DNA from: Thermoanaerobaculia bacterium
Lineage (GTDB): Bacteria > Acidobacteriota > Thermoanaerobaculia > UBA5066
Direction of reading: 5' to 3'
Length of the DNA: 64,000 nucleotides
Assembly (NCBI GenBank): GCA_963719225.1
Contig: CAVRAY010000001.1
Span: 1,952,001-2,016,000, forward strand
The position numbers and the translations under genes were made by a program. Below, in pieces: positions 49,498-60,200 of this stretch. The notes under the pieces were generated by a model. The model ran no database searches. It was given only the letters and a program-made list of their open reading frames with translations, and had not been told where the DNA came from. How positions within the stretch are numbered: the first letter of the stretch is position 1; the number at the start of each line of letters is the position of its first letter.

Positions 49498-50649
49498 TCA
49501 GCCAGGGATCCAGCTGTCGTGGTAGCCGGGGTGCTCGAGTGCGAGGGCCTGCTCCGTGAGGTGGAGCGGGACGAACGTGTCCATCATGACCGCGAGCTCG
49601 TCGGTCGACCGCGAGCCGATCGATCCCTCGTAGGCGCCGGGGTGCGGGCCGTGGGGAACCCCCGAGGGATGCAGGGAGACGGCCTTCGGCCCCACGCCCT
49701 TGCGGCTCGTGAACGTGCCGTCCACGTAATAGATGACCTCGTCGCAGTCGACCGAGGCGTGCGGGTACGGACACGGGATCGCGTCGGGATGCGTGTCCGT
49801 GACGCGCGGAACGAACGAGCAGATGAGCGCGTTGCGCGCGCCGAAAGTGGAGTGGATGGTAGGCGGAAGGTGGATGAGGCCGGTCTTCGGCTGGTACTTC
49901 CGGATGTCGAACGCGAAGGGCCAGACCGTGCCGTCCCACCCGACGACGTCGAACGGCGAGACGAGGGGAGCGCGTTCGACGAACGCGTCGTCCTTCTTGA
50001 CGAGGATGCGCTTCGGCCCGGAGCGCGGACCCTTGAAAACGGGCCGGACGAAGTCGCGGTGCGTGTAGGGGGCATCCATGCGCAGCTGGCCGACGGGATT
50101 TCTGAACTCGCGGGGCAGGTGTAGTCCGGCGCGCAGTTCAAAGAGAACTCCTTCGAAAGGCGAAGAGATCCGGAAACGCGCGACGACCCCGCGGGGCACG
50201 AGCACGTAGTCGTTCTTCCGGACCGGAAGATCTCCGAAGGGCGACTCCAGCGTTCCCTCACCTTCGTAGAAAAAATACAGGTCGTCCCCGTCGCCGTTGC
50301 TGAACCCGTCGGGGCTCTCCGCCTCCCGGGGCACCTTGAACAGCGAGACCGTCACGTCGGAGTTGAAGAGGATCGGCGTGAATCCCTCGGGGGCCTTTTC
50401 CCCGAGGACGAGGCGGCGGCGCAGCGGTTGATGCCCCGCGGGCCGGGGAACCTGCCGGTCGAACCGGCCGGGCTTCGCCGGGCCGATGAGGGTGTCCGTC
50501 ATCGGCGGCCCCTCGTGGTAGAGGATCGAGAACTCCCCGTCGAAGCCGCGGCGTGTCAGGCACTCCTCGTAGCGCAGCGCCCCGGACGAGGAGCGAAACG
50601 CGGTGTGCGGCTTCGGAGGCACCTCCCCGAGCTGCATCCGATCGATCAT
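49498..50649 (-). CDS. hmgA: Homogentisate 1,2-dioxygenase
   Basis: PPKPHT, NGDGD, PFDVVGWDG, IHLPPTIH, PYPH..VDCDE, HPSGVPHGPHPG. Confidence 0.93.
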   Translation of the reverse strand: MIDRMQLGEVPPKPHTAFRSSSGALRYEECLTRRGFDGEFSILYHEGPPMTDTLIGPAKPGRFDRQVPRPAGHQPLRRRLVLGEKAPEGFTPILFNSDVTVSLFKVPREAESPDGFSNGDGDDLYFFYEGEGTLESPFGDLPVRKNDYVLVPRGVVARFRISSPFEGVLFELRAGLHLPREFRNPVGQLRMDAPYTHRDFVRPVFKGPRSGPKRILVKKDDAFVERAPLVSPFDVVGWDGTVWPFAFDIRKYQPKTGLIHLPPTIHSTFGARNALICSFVPRVTDTHPDAIPCPYPHASVDCDEVIYYVDGTFTSRKGVGPKAVSLHPSGVPHGPHPGAYEGSIGSRSTDELAVMMDTFVPLHLTEQALALEHPGYHDSWIPG

Positions 50650-51809
50650 CAGCCCACGACCTCGAGAGCGGGGGAGGCCTCACGCTGCGTCGCCTCGATG
50701 GATTCGAAGAGCGCGCGGAAGTTCCCGTACCCGAACCCGCGGTCGCCCTCGCGCTGGATGATCTCGTAGAAAAAGGGCCCGGCTTTCTCGTCGCCGTACA
50801 TCGCCATGGCGTCGAGCATGAAGATCTGGAGCATGTACTTGTCGTCGGCGCCGTCCAGGAGGATGTGGTTGCGCCTCAGAGCGTCCATCGGCTCCTTGAC
50901 GTTCGTGATCTTCACGTCCTCGAGGCGCTTCGGCAGCCTGTCGTAATAGGCCCCGGGTGCTTTCAGGAACTGAATGCCATGCTCGCGAAGGGCCTCGACC
51001 GCGGGAATGATCTCCTTCACGAGGAACGCGATGTGCTGCACGCCCGCGCCGTGATGGTCCTCGCAGAAACGATTGATCTGGCTGTCGCGGAAGAACGGCC
51101 GCATGGGCTCGTTCGTGGCGAGCTTCACGCCGCTCTCGGGATCGGCCATGACGATGGAGCGCAGGCCGGAGCCGGCGAGCCGCTTGCCCGTCCCCATCTC
51201 GGCGGTGTGGAACTCGACGTCCCAGTAGTGCGTGAACCCGAGGACGTCGCGATACCAGTTGACGACGGGCAGCATCGTGTAGGCGTTCGACGTCACGTGG
51301 TCGATCGTCGCGAAGCCGTGCGGGTTCTCGCGCGGCTTCCCGTCACCCACGTCGTCGAAATCAGGGGCGAAGCGCGGGTAGGTCCCTTGCCGCTCGATGA
51401 ACCGGAACGTGACGTCGTCGAGCGGCGTCGCGATGTTGAACGTCTTGAAGGTGCCGCCCGGAGCCTCGTCCACCGCGATGTCCGACAGAAACGTGGCGTT
51501 GCGCGCGGCGAGGAAATCCCAGGCGCCCTGGATGTCGCGCACGCGGAACGCGAGCGAGGAGATGCCGTCGGGATGGATCCTCAGGAAGCGGGCGGCGCGC
51601 GAATCTTTGCGCTCGGGGCTGGAGACGAGCACCCGGATCTGCCCGGCACCGAAGACGGAGGCCACCTCGCCCCCTTTTTCGATCTTCGAGGCGGACGCGC
51701 GCGCCACCTCGGAGAAGCCGAGCCCCGCGTAAAACCCGCGGCTCCGCCCGAGATCGGCCACGACGAAGTGGAACGAGTCGTAACCCACGATGCCGAGCGA
51801 ATCGACCAT
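50649..51809 (-). CDS. hppD: 4-hydroxyphenylpyruvate dioxygenase
   Basis: HPDGI, IDHV, SQI, GAGVQHIAF, LQIF, FYEIIQR, GFGYGNFRALFESIE. Confidence 0.93.
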   Translation of the reverse strand: MVDSLGIVGYDSFHFVVADLGRSRGFYAGLGFSEVARASASKIEKGGEVASVFGAGQIRVLVSSPERKDSRAARFLRIHPDGISSLAFRVRDIQGAWDFLAARNATFLSDIAVDEAPGGTFKTFNIATPLDDVTFRFIERQGTYPRFAPDFDDVGDGKPRENPHGFATIDHVTSNAYTMLPVVNWYRDVLGFTHYWDVEFHTAEMGTGKRLAGSGLRSIVMADPESGVKLATNEPMRPFFRDSQINRFCEDHHGAGVQHIAFLVKEIIPAVEALREHGIQFLKAPGAYYDRLPKRLEDVKITNVKEPMDALRRNHILLDGADDKYMLQIFMLDAMAMYGDEKAGPFFYEIIQREGDRGFGYGNFRALFESIEATQREASPALEVVG

Positions 51810-51869
51810 AATGCGATCTTAGTCCGCGGGAGCGCCGGGCGGGAAGATCGACCCGGCGGGGAAGGCGCG

Positions 51870-53165
51870 ATGGATCCGCAACGCCTCGTGTATGACTGGA
51901 ACCGCGCAGGAGGGGAGGGCCGGCCCCGCCACGTTCCCGTCGAGCTCGTCGACGAAACTCTTCGGGACGGTCTTCAGTCTCCGTCGGCTGTCGCGCCGAC
52001 GCTCGACGAGAAGTTCGACCTTCTCGTCTTGATGGAGCGCCTCGGCGTGGATACGGCCGTCATCGGGATTCCCGCCGCGGGCGGCAGCTCCGTCTCGGAC
52101 CTGTCGTGGCTCGTCCGGCGCATGACGGATTCGGGGCTTTCGCTCCGGCCGTGCTGCGCGGCGCGCACGCTCACGTCCGACATCGAGCCGATCATCGAGA
52201 TCTCCCAGGACACGGGCCGGGAAATGGAGATGACGACGTTCATCGGGTCTTCGCCGATCCGCCAGTACGTCGAGGACTGGGACCTCTCGCGAATGATGAA
52301 GCTCACCCGGGACGCCGTGTCGCTCGGTGTCCGCAACTCCCTTCGGGTCACCTTCGTCACCGAGGACACGACGCGCGCCCGCCCCGAGGACCTCGTCTCG
52401 CTCTACGGGACCGCTATCGCCGCTGGCGCCAGCCGGATCTGCGCCTGCGACACCGTGGGCCATGCAACGCCCGAAGGTGCCGCGGCGCTCGTCGGCTTTC
52501 TGGCGGAGTTCGTGGCGCGCGAGAACCCGGACGTGCTCATCGACTGGCACGGTCATGAAGACCGCGGACTCTCCGTCGCGAACTCGCTGGCCGCCCTGCG
52601 GGCCGGCGCGCACCGGGTGCACGGCTGCGGGCTGGGAGTCGGCGAGCGCGTCGGGAACACGCCGCTCGACCAGCTCCTCGTGAACCTCCAGCTCCTGGGC
52701 TGGATCGACCGCGACCTGTCCGCCCTCGCGACCTACGTCGGAAAGGTCTCCAGCTACCTGAAAGTCCCGGTCCCCGACGGGTACCCGGTGGTCGGCCGCG
52801 ACGCCTTCCGGACAGGGACCGGCGTCCACGCCGCGGCGATCGTCAAGGCCCGCGCGAAGGGCGACGACTGGCTCGCGGACAGGATCTACTCGGGTGTGCC
52901 CGCGGCCATGGTGGGCCTGACCCAGCTCATCGAGGTGGGACCGATGTCCGGCGAATCGAACGTGTTCTTCTGGCTGCGGGCTCGCGGCATCGACCCGACC
53001 CCGAGCCGGGTTGCCGCGCTCTACCGGGCCGCGAAGGCGTCCGACCACGTGCTTTCGGAGCCGGAAATCCGCACGGTGCTCTCGGCCCTGCCGGACGCGG
53101 GCGCCTCCGGGGTGTCCGCCCTCGAAGGCTCCCTGAACGAAACGCGAAAGGCTCTGCTTCCGTAG
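51870..53165 (+). CDS. DRE-TIM metallolyase, LeuA-like (short form, no regulatory domain)
   Basis: Start trimmed to MDPQRLVYDWN; DETLRDGLQ, EDTTR, DTVG, WHGHEDRGL, GVGERVGN. Confidence 0.85.
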   Translation: MDPQRLVYDWNRAGGEGRPRHVPVELVDETLRDGLQSPSAVAPTLDEKFDLLVLMERLGVDTAVIGIPAAGGSSVSDLSWLVRRMTDSGLSLRPCCAARTLTSDIEPIIEISQDTGREMEMTTFIGSSPIRQYVEDWDLSRMMKLTRDAVSLGVRNSLRVTFVTEDTTRARPEDLVSLYGTAIAAGASRICACDTVGHATPEGAAALVGFLAEFVARENPDVLIDWHGHEDRGLSVANSLAALRAGAHRVHGCGLGVGERVGNTPLDQLLVNLQLLGWIDRDLSALATYVGKVSSYLKVPVPDGYPVVGRDAFRTGTGVHAAAIVKARAKGDDWLADRIYSGVPAAMVGLTQLIEVGPMSGESNVFFWLRARGIDPTPSRVAALYRAAKASDHVLSEPEIRTVLSALPDAGASGVSALEGSLNETRKALLP

Positions 53166-53166
53166 A

Positions 53167-54102
53167 ATGGCCCGAGTGAGTTCGGGATCTCCTGCCAAAG
53201 CGCCGGCCGGCGTCTTCTTTCAAAGGCACCTCCCGCTCTTCCTCGACTATCTCTCGGCGGAGAAAGGTCTCGCCCCGAACACGTTGGAGGCCTATCGCCG
53301 TGACCTTGCTGGATTTGGCCGGTTTCTCGCCTCGTCGCGCACGAATCCCGCGGGCGTCACCCGGCGGGACATCGTCGCGTTTCTCGGCGCGCGGCGCGCG
53401 GACGGCATGTCACCGCGGACGCTGGCGCGGGTGACTTCGGCCCTGCGGGGCCTCTACGGGTTCCTGGCGGCGGAGAAGGTCCTCGAGGCCGACCCCACGG
53501 CCGACCTCACGAATGCCCGCCGGTGGGCGATGCTTCCGAAGGTGCTGTCGCCCGAGGACGTGACGCGCCTTCTCGACGCGCCCGACGTCGCGACGCCGAG
53601 GGGCCTGCGAAACCGCGCTCTTTTCGAGCTGCTCTATGCGTGCGGCCTGCGCGTCTCCGAGCTCGCGGAGCTCCCCGTCGAGGCGCTCCGTCTCCCCGAG
53701 GGGTTTCTCGTCGTCCGCGGAAAAGGCTCGAAAGAGCGCGTCGTGCCGATCGCCGACTCGTCCGCCCGCTGGGTCGCGCGCTACCTCGAAGCGCTTCGGG
53801 CCGAAAAACCGGGCGCGGCGACGAGATGGGTCTTCCCCGGCGGACGCGGAAAGCCGATCACCCGGCAGACGGTCTTTCTCGCTCTGAAAGCCGCCGCGCG
53901 AAAAGCCGGCCTGCCGGCGGCCTCGGTGTCCCCGCACGTCCTGAGGCATGCGTTCGCGACGCATCTGGTGGATAATGACGCCGACCTGCGCGCCGTGCAG
54001 ATGATGCTCGGCCATGCGGACATCGCGACGACCGAGATCTACACGCATGTGTCCCGCTCCCGTGTCCGGAAGGTCTACGACCGGACGCACCCGCGGGCAT
54101 GA
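53167..54102 (+). CDS. xerD: Tyrosine recombinase XerD (possible true start GTG 53176)
   Basis: EKGLAPNTLEAYRRDL, LPKVL, LRNRALFELLYACGLRVSEL, GKGSKER, HVLRHAFATHL, LGHADIATTEIYTHV. Confidence 0.92.
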   Translation: MARVSSGSPAKAPAGVFFQRHLPLFLDYLSAEKGLAPNTLEAYRRDLAGFGRFLASSRTNPAGVTRRDIVAFLGARRADGMSPRTLARVTSALRGLYGFLAAEKVLEADPTADLTNARRWAMLPKVLSPEDVTRLLDAPDVATPRGLRNRALFELLYACGLRVSELAELPVEALRLPEGFLVVRGKGSKERVVPIADSSARWVARYLEALRAEKPGAATRWVFPGGRGKPITRQTVFLALKAAARKAGLPAASVSPHVLRHAFATHLVDNDADLRAVQMMLGHADIATTEIYTHVSRSRVRKVYDRTHPRA

Positions 54103-54123
54103 AAGGCCGGGAAGAGGAAGATT

Positions 54124-54939
54124 TTGCTCAAGAGGGGAACCGAAGAAGAAGATTTCCTTAGAAGGGTTGCGAGAGCTGCCGGCGTTTGGGGCGGGCTCTT
54201 GCTCTTCATGTTTTCGGCACCCTCCGCGGCCGCGTCCCTCGTCGTCTTCGAGGACGGGCGGCACATTCGGGTCGCGAGCTACGAGGTCGTCGAGGAGGAC
54301 CGCCTGGCCGTGAACCTCGTCGGAGGGGGGTCGATCACGATTCCCCTCGACGTCGTGGAGCGCATCGTCGACGAGGAATACGAGCGGCCGGCACCGGTTC
54401 CCGAGAGCGTTGCCGCGGGCCTCGCGAGCGAGCCGCCGGCGCCGGAGAGACGTTCCGTCCGCGCCTTCTCGGAAAATGTCTCTTCTCCTTCGGCTCTCTC
54501 TTCCTCCTCAGCAGCCGCTTTCTCTTCCTCGACGCCTTCCCCCTTCTCCTCCCAGATCCTGGAGGCCGCGAAACAGCACCACATCGACCCGGCCCTCATC
54601 GCTGCGGTCATTCGCGCGGAGTCGAACGGCTATCCGCGCGCCGTTTCCCGAAAAGGAGCGCGCGGGCTGATGCAGCTCATGCCGGCGACGGCGCGGCGGC
54701 TCGGGGTGAAGAGCGCCTTCGACCCGCGGGAGAACATCCGGGCGGGCACGGCGTACCTCGCCGAGCTCGCCAAGCGATTCGGCGAGACGAACGCGGACCT
54801 CATCCTCGCGGCGTACAACGCCGGGGAGCACGCCGTCGAGGAGCACGGCGGCGTTCCGCCATATCGCGAGACGCGCGATTACGTCAGGCGCGTCCTCGCG
54901 TTCTGGGCCTTGCTCGCGGCGTCCCGATCGGCTCTCTGA
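54124..54939 (+). CDS. Lytic transglycosylase (SLT domain); start uncertain
   Basis: AVIRAES, AVSRKGARGLMQLMP, NIRAG..YL, LAAYNAG, PPYRETRDYV. Confidence 0.9.
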   Translation: MLKRGTEEEDFLRRVARAAGVWGGLLLFMFSAPSAAASLVVFEDGRHIRVASYEVVEEDRLAVNLVGGGSITIPLDVVERIVDEEYERPAPVPESVAAGLASEPPAPERRSVRAFSENVSSPSALSSSSAAAFSSSTPSPFSSQILEAAKQHHIDPALIAAVIRAESNGYPRAVSRKGARGLMQLMPATARRLGVKSAFDPRENIRAGTAYLAELAKRFGETNADLILAAYNAGEHAVEEHGGVPPYRETRDYVRRVLAFWALLAASRSAL

Positions 54940-54942
54940 CGG

Positions 54943-55473
54943 ATGTTCCGCATCGCGCGCGCCTTCCTCGTCGCGGCGCCCGCGGCTTTCCTGCTCGTCC
55001 TCGTTTCGTTTCTCGCGATGCATCCGCGCGCGGCCGAGGCCTTCGTGCCCTATCCGTTGCTGGCCGACGCGCTCGGCGCGGCCCTTTCGAAGAGACCTTT
55101 CGTGCGGTTCGTCGCCGCCTCGATCCTGTTTTTCCTTCCTCTCTATCTCATGTCGGGCGTCCTGCTGCTCTTCGCGGACCTGGGAGTCTCGGCCGCGGCG
55201 CCACTGTGGTCGCGCGGCCCACGTCGGCGGTCCGATGCGTCGATTCCTCCCGAGAGCCGGTGGGGGTTCCTCGCGATCACGGTCCTGGCGGCCGTGGCGT
55301 TCGGCGTCTCGCTTCACCGCGTGGCGCACGGAGGTGACCTTCCGGGCGGGATCAACATCGGACCCCTCCTCGTCGTGCTCGCCTCCTTCGCCGCCCTGAT
55401 CTCGGCCCTCGTCGTGGCGGGTCTTCTCGCGGTGCCGCGCGCGGTCATCGGACGCCTTCGCACCCCCGCCTGA
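54943..55473 (+). CDS. Hypothetical membrane protein
   Basis: About 4 hydrophobic helices; lies between SLT and guaA on the same strand. Confidence 0.65.
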   Translation: MFRIARAFLVAAPAAFLLVLVSFLAMHPRAAEAFVPYPLLADALGAALSKRPFVRFVAASILFFLPLYLMSGVLLLFADLGVSAAAPLWSRGPRRRSDASIPPESRWGFLAITVLAAVAFGVSLHRVAHGGDLPGGINIGPLLVVLASFAALISALVVAGLLAVPRAVIGRLRTPA

Positions 55474-55504
55474 GGGGCCGAACGCCGTCCGTATACTCGG
55501 CGCC

Positions 55505-57043
55505 GTGAACGCCAGCGCCGATACGGTCGTCGTCCTCGACTTCGGCTCCCAGTACACGCAGGTGATCGCCCGGCGGATCCGCGAGGCGAGGGTGCGATCG
55601 GTCGTCCTTCCGTTCGACGCGAAGGTGGGAGAGATCGCGGCGCAGTCCCCGAAGGGGATCATCCTGTCGGGAGGCCCCTCGAGCGTGTACGACGTGGGAG
55701 CGCCGCAGGGCGACCCGGGACTGTTCGACCTCGGTGTGCCGGTGCTCGGCCTTTGCTACGGGATGATGTGGATCGCCCAGCGCTGCGGCGGCAAGGTGGG
55801 GAGCGCACCGGGTCGCGAATACGGCCGCGCGCACGTGAAGGTTTCGGGGGGCCGGCTCTTTCGCGGTCTCGGCCCGAACGAAACGATCTGGATGAGCCAC
55901 GGGGACCATGTCGAGACCGCTCCTCCCGGCTTCGCCGTCACCGCCACGACCGAGAACGCGCCCGTCGCCGCATTCGAGGACCCCGCGCGCGCTCTCTACG
56001 GAATCCAGGGCCATCCGGAGGTCCATCACTCCGAGCACGGAGCCCAGATGCTCGAGAACTTCCTCTACGACGTCTGCGGCGCGAAGGCCTCGTGGACGAT
56101 GGCCGGCTTCCGAGCTGCGGCGGTCTCGCGCCTGAGAGGCGAGGTTAAGCACGGGGTCGTCCTGGGAGCCCTGTCCGGCGGCGTGGACTCGACGGTGGCG
56201 GCGGTCCTGACGCGCGAGGCGGTGGGCGACCGCTTTCGCGGCGTCTTCGTGGACACGGGTCTCCTGAGAAAGAACGAAGGGCGTCAGGTTCTCGAAGCTT
56301 TCCGCCACCTGGACCTGCCCGTGACGGGAGTCGACGCCTCGGAGGTTTTCTTCAGGTCTCTCGCGGGCGTGTCCGAGCCCGAAAGGAAGCGGAAGATCAT
56401 CGGGGGGCTCTTCATCGACGTCTTCACCGAGAACGCGAAGGCCGTGGACGGCGCCGAGTGGCTCCTTCAGGGCACGCTCTATCCGGACGTGATCGAGTCC
56501 GTTTCGATCAAGGGGCCTTCGGCGGTCATCAAGACGCATCACAACGTGGGCGGGCTGCCCGAAAAGCTCGGGTTCCGCCTGCTCGAGCCTCTCCGTGAAT
56601 TGTTCAAGGACGAGGTCCGGCGCCTCGGCGAGGAACTTGGAATCCCCGGCGAGATGCTCTCGCGCCATCCGTTTCCGGGCCCCGGTCTCGCCGTGCGCAT
56701 CCCGGGCGAGATCACGAGGGACCGTGTCCGGATCCTGCAGGACGCCGACGCGATCTTCCTCGAGGAGCTGCGCTCGGGCGGCTTCTACGAGAGGACCTCC
56801 CAGGCCTTCGCGGTGCTCCTGCCCGTGAAGAGCGTCGGCGTCATGGGCGACGGCCGCACCTACGAGAGCGTCATCGCGCTGCGGGCCGTCACGACGGAGG
56901 ACTTCATGACGGCTGACTGGGCCCGCCTGCCGCACGACCTCCTCGACCGGGCTTCCCGCCGCATCGTGGGCGAGGTGCGCGGCGTGAACCGCGTCGTCTA
57001 CGACGTCACGTCGAAGCCGCCCGGCACGATCGAGTGGGAGTGA
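55505..57043 (+). CDS. guaA: GMP synthase (glutamine-hydrolysing)
   Basis: LDFGSQYTQ, GLCYG, HPEV, LSGGVDS, IKTHHNVGGL, HPFPGPGL, SKPPGTIEWE. Confidence 0.98.
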   Translation: MNASADTVVVLDFGSQYTQVIARRIREARVRSVVLPFDAKVGEIAAQSPKGIILSGGPSSVYDVGAPQGDPGLFDLGVPVLGLCYGMMWIAQRCGGKVGSAPGREYGRAHVKVSGGRLFRGLGPNETIWMSHGDHVETAPPGFAVTATTENAPVAAFEDPARALYGIQGHPEVHHSEHGAQMLENFLYDVCGAKASWTMAGFRAAAVSRLRGEVKHGVVLGALSGGVDSTVAAVLTREAVGDRFRGVFVDTGLLRKNEGRQVLEAFRHLDLPVTGVDASEVFFRSLAGVSEPERKRKIIGGLFIDVFTENAKAVDGAEWLLQGTLYPDVIESVSIKGPSAVIKTHHNVGGLPEKLGFRLLEPLRELFKDEVRRLGEELGIPGEMLSRHPFPGPGLAVRIPGEITRDRVRILQDADAIFLEELRSGGFYERTSQAFAVLLPVKSVGVMGDGRTYESVIALRAVTTEDFMTADWARLPHDLLDRASRRIVGEVRGVNRVVYDVTSKPPGTIEWE

Positions 57044-57058
57044 AGCCGGGAGATCCGG

Positions 57059-57200
57059 TCAGTCGGAGACGACCCGGATCTCGTTGACGACCGAGCGGAC
57101 GCCGGCCGCGCGACCCGCCTCCGCAGCCGCCCGAGGCCGGTCCACGTCGCTGTTCAGCGTCCCTTCCGGCCACCGAAGCCTCCCGCGTCTCGGAAGGCAA
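57059..57200 (-). pseudogene. Remnant of a BON-domain gene (C-terminal half)
   Basis: EGTLNSDVDRPRAAAEAGRAAGVRSVVNEIRV* matches a BON C-terminus; the upstream ETREASV segment is in a different frame and there is no clear start. Confidence 0.55.
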
Positions 57201-57299
57201 TGAGCGTGCCGCGATGAGCCCGCCGGGCCGGGGACCAGCGCTCGGACAGCACGGGTACAATGCCGCTCCTTCGCCAACCGCCATTCCAGGGAGAAAACC

Positions 57300-60200
57300 G
57301 TGGTGAAGAGAGTCGTCAAGAGCGCGCAGCGGAGCACCCGGGCGGCACGGGCTCGCCCTTCGCCGAAAGTGCGCCGGCCAAGAGCCGTTGCTCCGGACGC
57401 GGCGCGCTCGCCCGAAGACTTCCCGATCGTGGCCGTGGGTGCGTCCGCGGGCGGTCTCGAGGCGATGACCGAGCTCCTGTCGAACATCCCCTCGGACTCC
57501 GGGATGGCTCTCGTCGTTCTCCAGCATCTCGATCCCTCACGCGCGAGCCTTCTCGGGGACCTCCTGGCGCGTTCGAGCGCGATGCCGGTCCGCCAGATCC
57601 GGACCGGGCTGCGGATGGAATCCGGGCACGTCTACGTCGCTCCGGCCGCGACGCGAATCGACCTCGACGGCGAAGCGTTCGTCGTGACGCCCCTCCAGAA
57701 GGGCCATGCCCGCGACCTTCCGATCGACCGACTCTTCGAGCGCCTCGCGACGCTCCACGGAAGCCGCGTCGCGGGCGTCATTCTCTCCGGCACGCTGTCC
57801 GACGGCGCCCGGGGGCTCCAGGTCATCAAGTCGGCCGGGGGCGTGACGTTCGCCCAGGACGAGGTCTCCGCGAAATTCCCCGACATGCCGCACGCCGCCG
57901 CCGCGACGGGCAGCGTCGATTTCGTTCTCCCTCCCAAGGAGATCGCCTCGCATCTCGTGACGCTCGCGAGCCATCCTCTCGTTCGTCGCGAGACGCCCGA
58001 AGGCGGAACTCAATCCGCGTACCAGCGGATTCTGGCGATGCTGCGCGTGGCGAGCGGAGTGAGCTTCGCGCACTACCGGCAAACGACCGTCCGGCGGCGG
58101 ATCCTCCGGCGTCTGGTCCTGAACAAGATCCAGGATCTCTCCGAGTACGTCGCCTATCTGCGGGAGCATCCCGAGGAAGCCGTCGCGGCCTACGAGGACA
58201 TCCTGATCAGGGTGACCTCCTTCTTCCGCGATCCCGAGACGTTCGACGCGCTCAAGAAGACGGTCTTCCCGGCGTTCGTCCAGGAGCCCCGGCACGACCG
58301 GATTCGCGTCTGGGTTCCGGGGTGCTCGACCGGCGAGGAGGCTTACTCGCTCGCCATCGCTCTTCTCGAGTTCCTCCCCGAGGCGGAAGGGATTCGCGTC
58401 CAGATCTTCGGCACGGACATCAGCGAGAAAGCCATCGGGAAGGCGCGCGCCGGCATCTACCCGGAGGACGCTTTCTCCTCGGTGTCGCCCGAGCGAAAGC
58501 GCCGTTTCTTCACGCGCGTGAACGAGGGATATCAGATCGCACGACAGGTCCGCGACCTGTGCATCTTCGCCCGGCAGAACGTCATCGAGGATCCCCCGTT
58601 CTCGAACATCGGCCTCGTGAGCTGCCGCAACCTTCTCATCTATCTCGAGCCCGTTCTGCAGAGCAAGGTCATCGGTCTTTTCCATTACGCCTTGAAGCCG
58701 TCCGGTTTCCTCCTTCTCGGCAGCGCCGAGGCGCTCGGTGACTTCGACGACTATTTTTCTCCGCTCGACAGGGGCAACCGCATTTTCGTGAAGCACGCGG
58801 TCCCGACGCCTGTCCTCCGGGGCCTCCCGGGCCCGACGCGGCCGGCGGAAGCGGTGCCCTCGAGGCCGGACGCCGGGCTCGGCGGAACGGCCACGACCCT
58901 GGAGCTCCAGCGCCGCGCCGACCAGCTCGTGCTCCATGAATACGCTCCCCCGGGAGTCCTCGTGGACGATGCGTTCAACGTGATCCAGTTTCGCGGACGC
59001 ACGAGCCCCTATCTCGAGCCGGCGTCCGGCACCGCCAGCCTCAACGTGCTGAAGATGGCGCGTGAAGGCCTGATGGCCGAGCTCCGCTCGGCACTGCTGA
59101 AAGCGCGCAAGACGGGTCGCGGCGTGAGGACCGAGGGCCTTTCGATTCGCGAGGACGGGAAGACCCGCTCGGCGGCCCTCGACGTGACGCCGGTCAGGGA
59201 CGAGCCGTCGGGGATGCGGTGTTTTCTCGTCTTGTTCGAAGGGGCGCCGGAACGCCGCGGGGAGCCCCGCAAGCCGAAGCCCGCTTTCCGGAAGAAGGAG
59301 CCCGCTCCGGAGCGCTCGCCCGGCCGACTCAGGCGGGAGCTGGCCGAGACGAAGGACTATCTCCAGTCGATGATCGAGCAGCTCCAGGCCTCCAACGAGG
59401 AGCTGAGATCCGCGAACGAGGAGATTCTCTCGTCGAACGAAGAGCTTCAATCCACGAACGAAGAGCTCGAGACCACGAAGGAAGAGCTCCAATCCACGAA
59501 CGAGGAGCTCACGGTCGTCAACGAGGAGCTGAACACGCGCAATGCGCTGCTGTCCCGCAGCCTCGAGGATGTCGAGAAGAGCCGCGATTTCGCCGTGTCG
59601 ATCCTCGAAACGATGAGAGAACCACTGGCCGTCCTGGACGACCGCTGGCGCCTCACGTCCGTCAACCGCGCGTTCCAGGACATGTTCCGGACCACTCCCG
59701 AATCTCTTCGCGGCGTCTCCCTCTTCGAGCTCGGGGAATGGCGCGAGCACGCGGCGCTTCTTCGCGATCGCCTCGACTCCATCGCCGGAACGCCCATGGT
59801 GATCACGGATTTTCCTCTGGAGCTCGTGGTCGCGGGGGTCCCGCGGAAGTTCATGGTGAACGCGTCGCGGGTCCGGCGCGGCCCGCTGATCCTCCTCGCC
59901 CTCGACGACGTCACGGAGCGGACGCTCCTCGAGGACGAGCTCCGCCAGGTGCAGAGGCTCGAATCGATCGGGACGCTCGCGGGCGGCGTCGCGCACGACT
60001 TCAACAACATCCTGAACATCATCCTGGCGCACACGTCTCTCGCCAGGCGGCTGCCGGGAGACCCCGAGAAAAGGGACGCGAGCCTTGCCGCCGTCGAAGG
60101 GGCCGTCAAGCGGGGGTCGGCGGTCGTGCGCCAGCTCCTGACGTTCGCGCGTCGGTCGGCGGCGGCGAACGCCCCGATCCAGCTGAACGAGCTGGTCGAG

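Noticed and set aside
53167-54102. Tyrosine recombinase as a prophage or island integrase
   Set aside because: Size and motifs fit chromosomal XerD, the neighbours are housekeeping genes, and no phage genes or att sites are visible; the adjacent SLT looks like a cellular enzyme.
59390-59535. 21-bp tandem repeats (AACGAGGAGCT...)
   Set aside because: They encode the NEELQS heptad coiled coil typical of CheR-kinase fusions.
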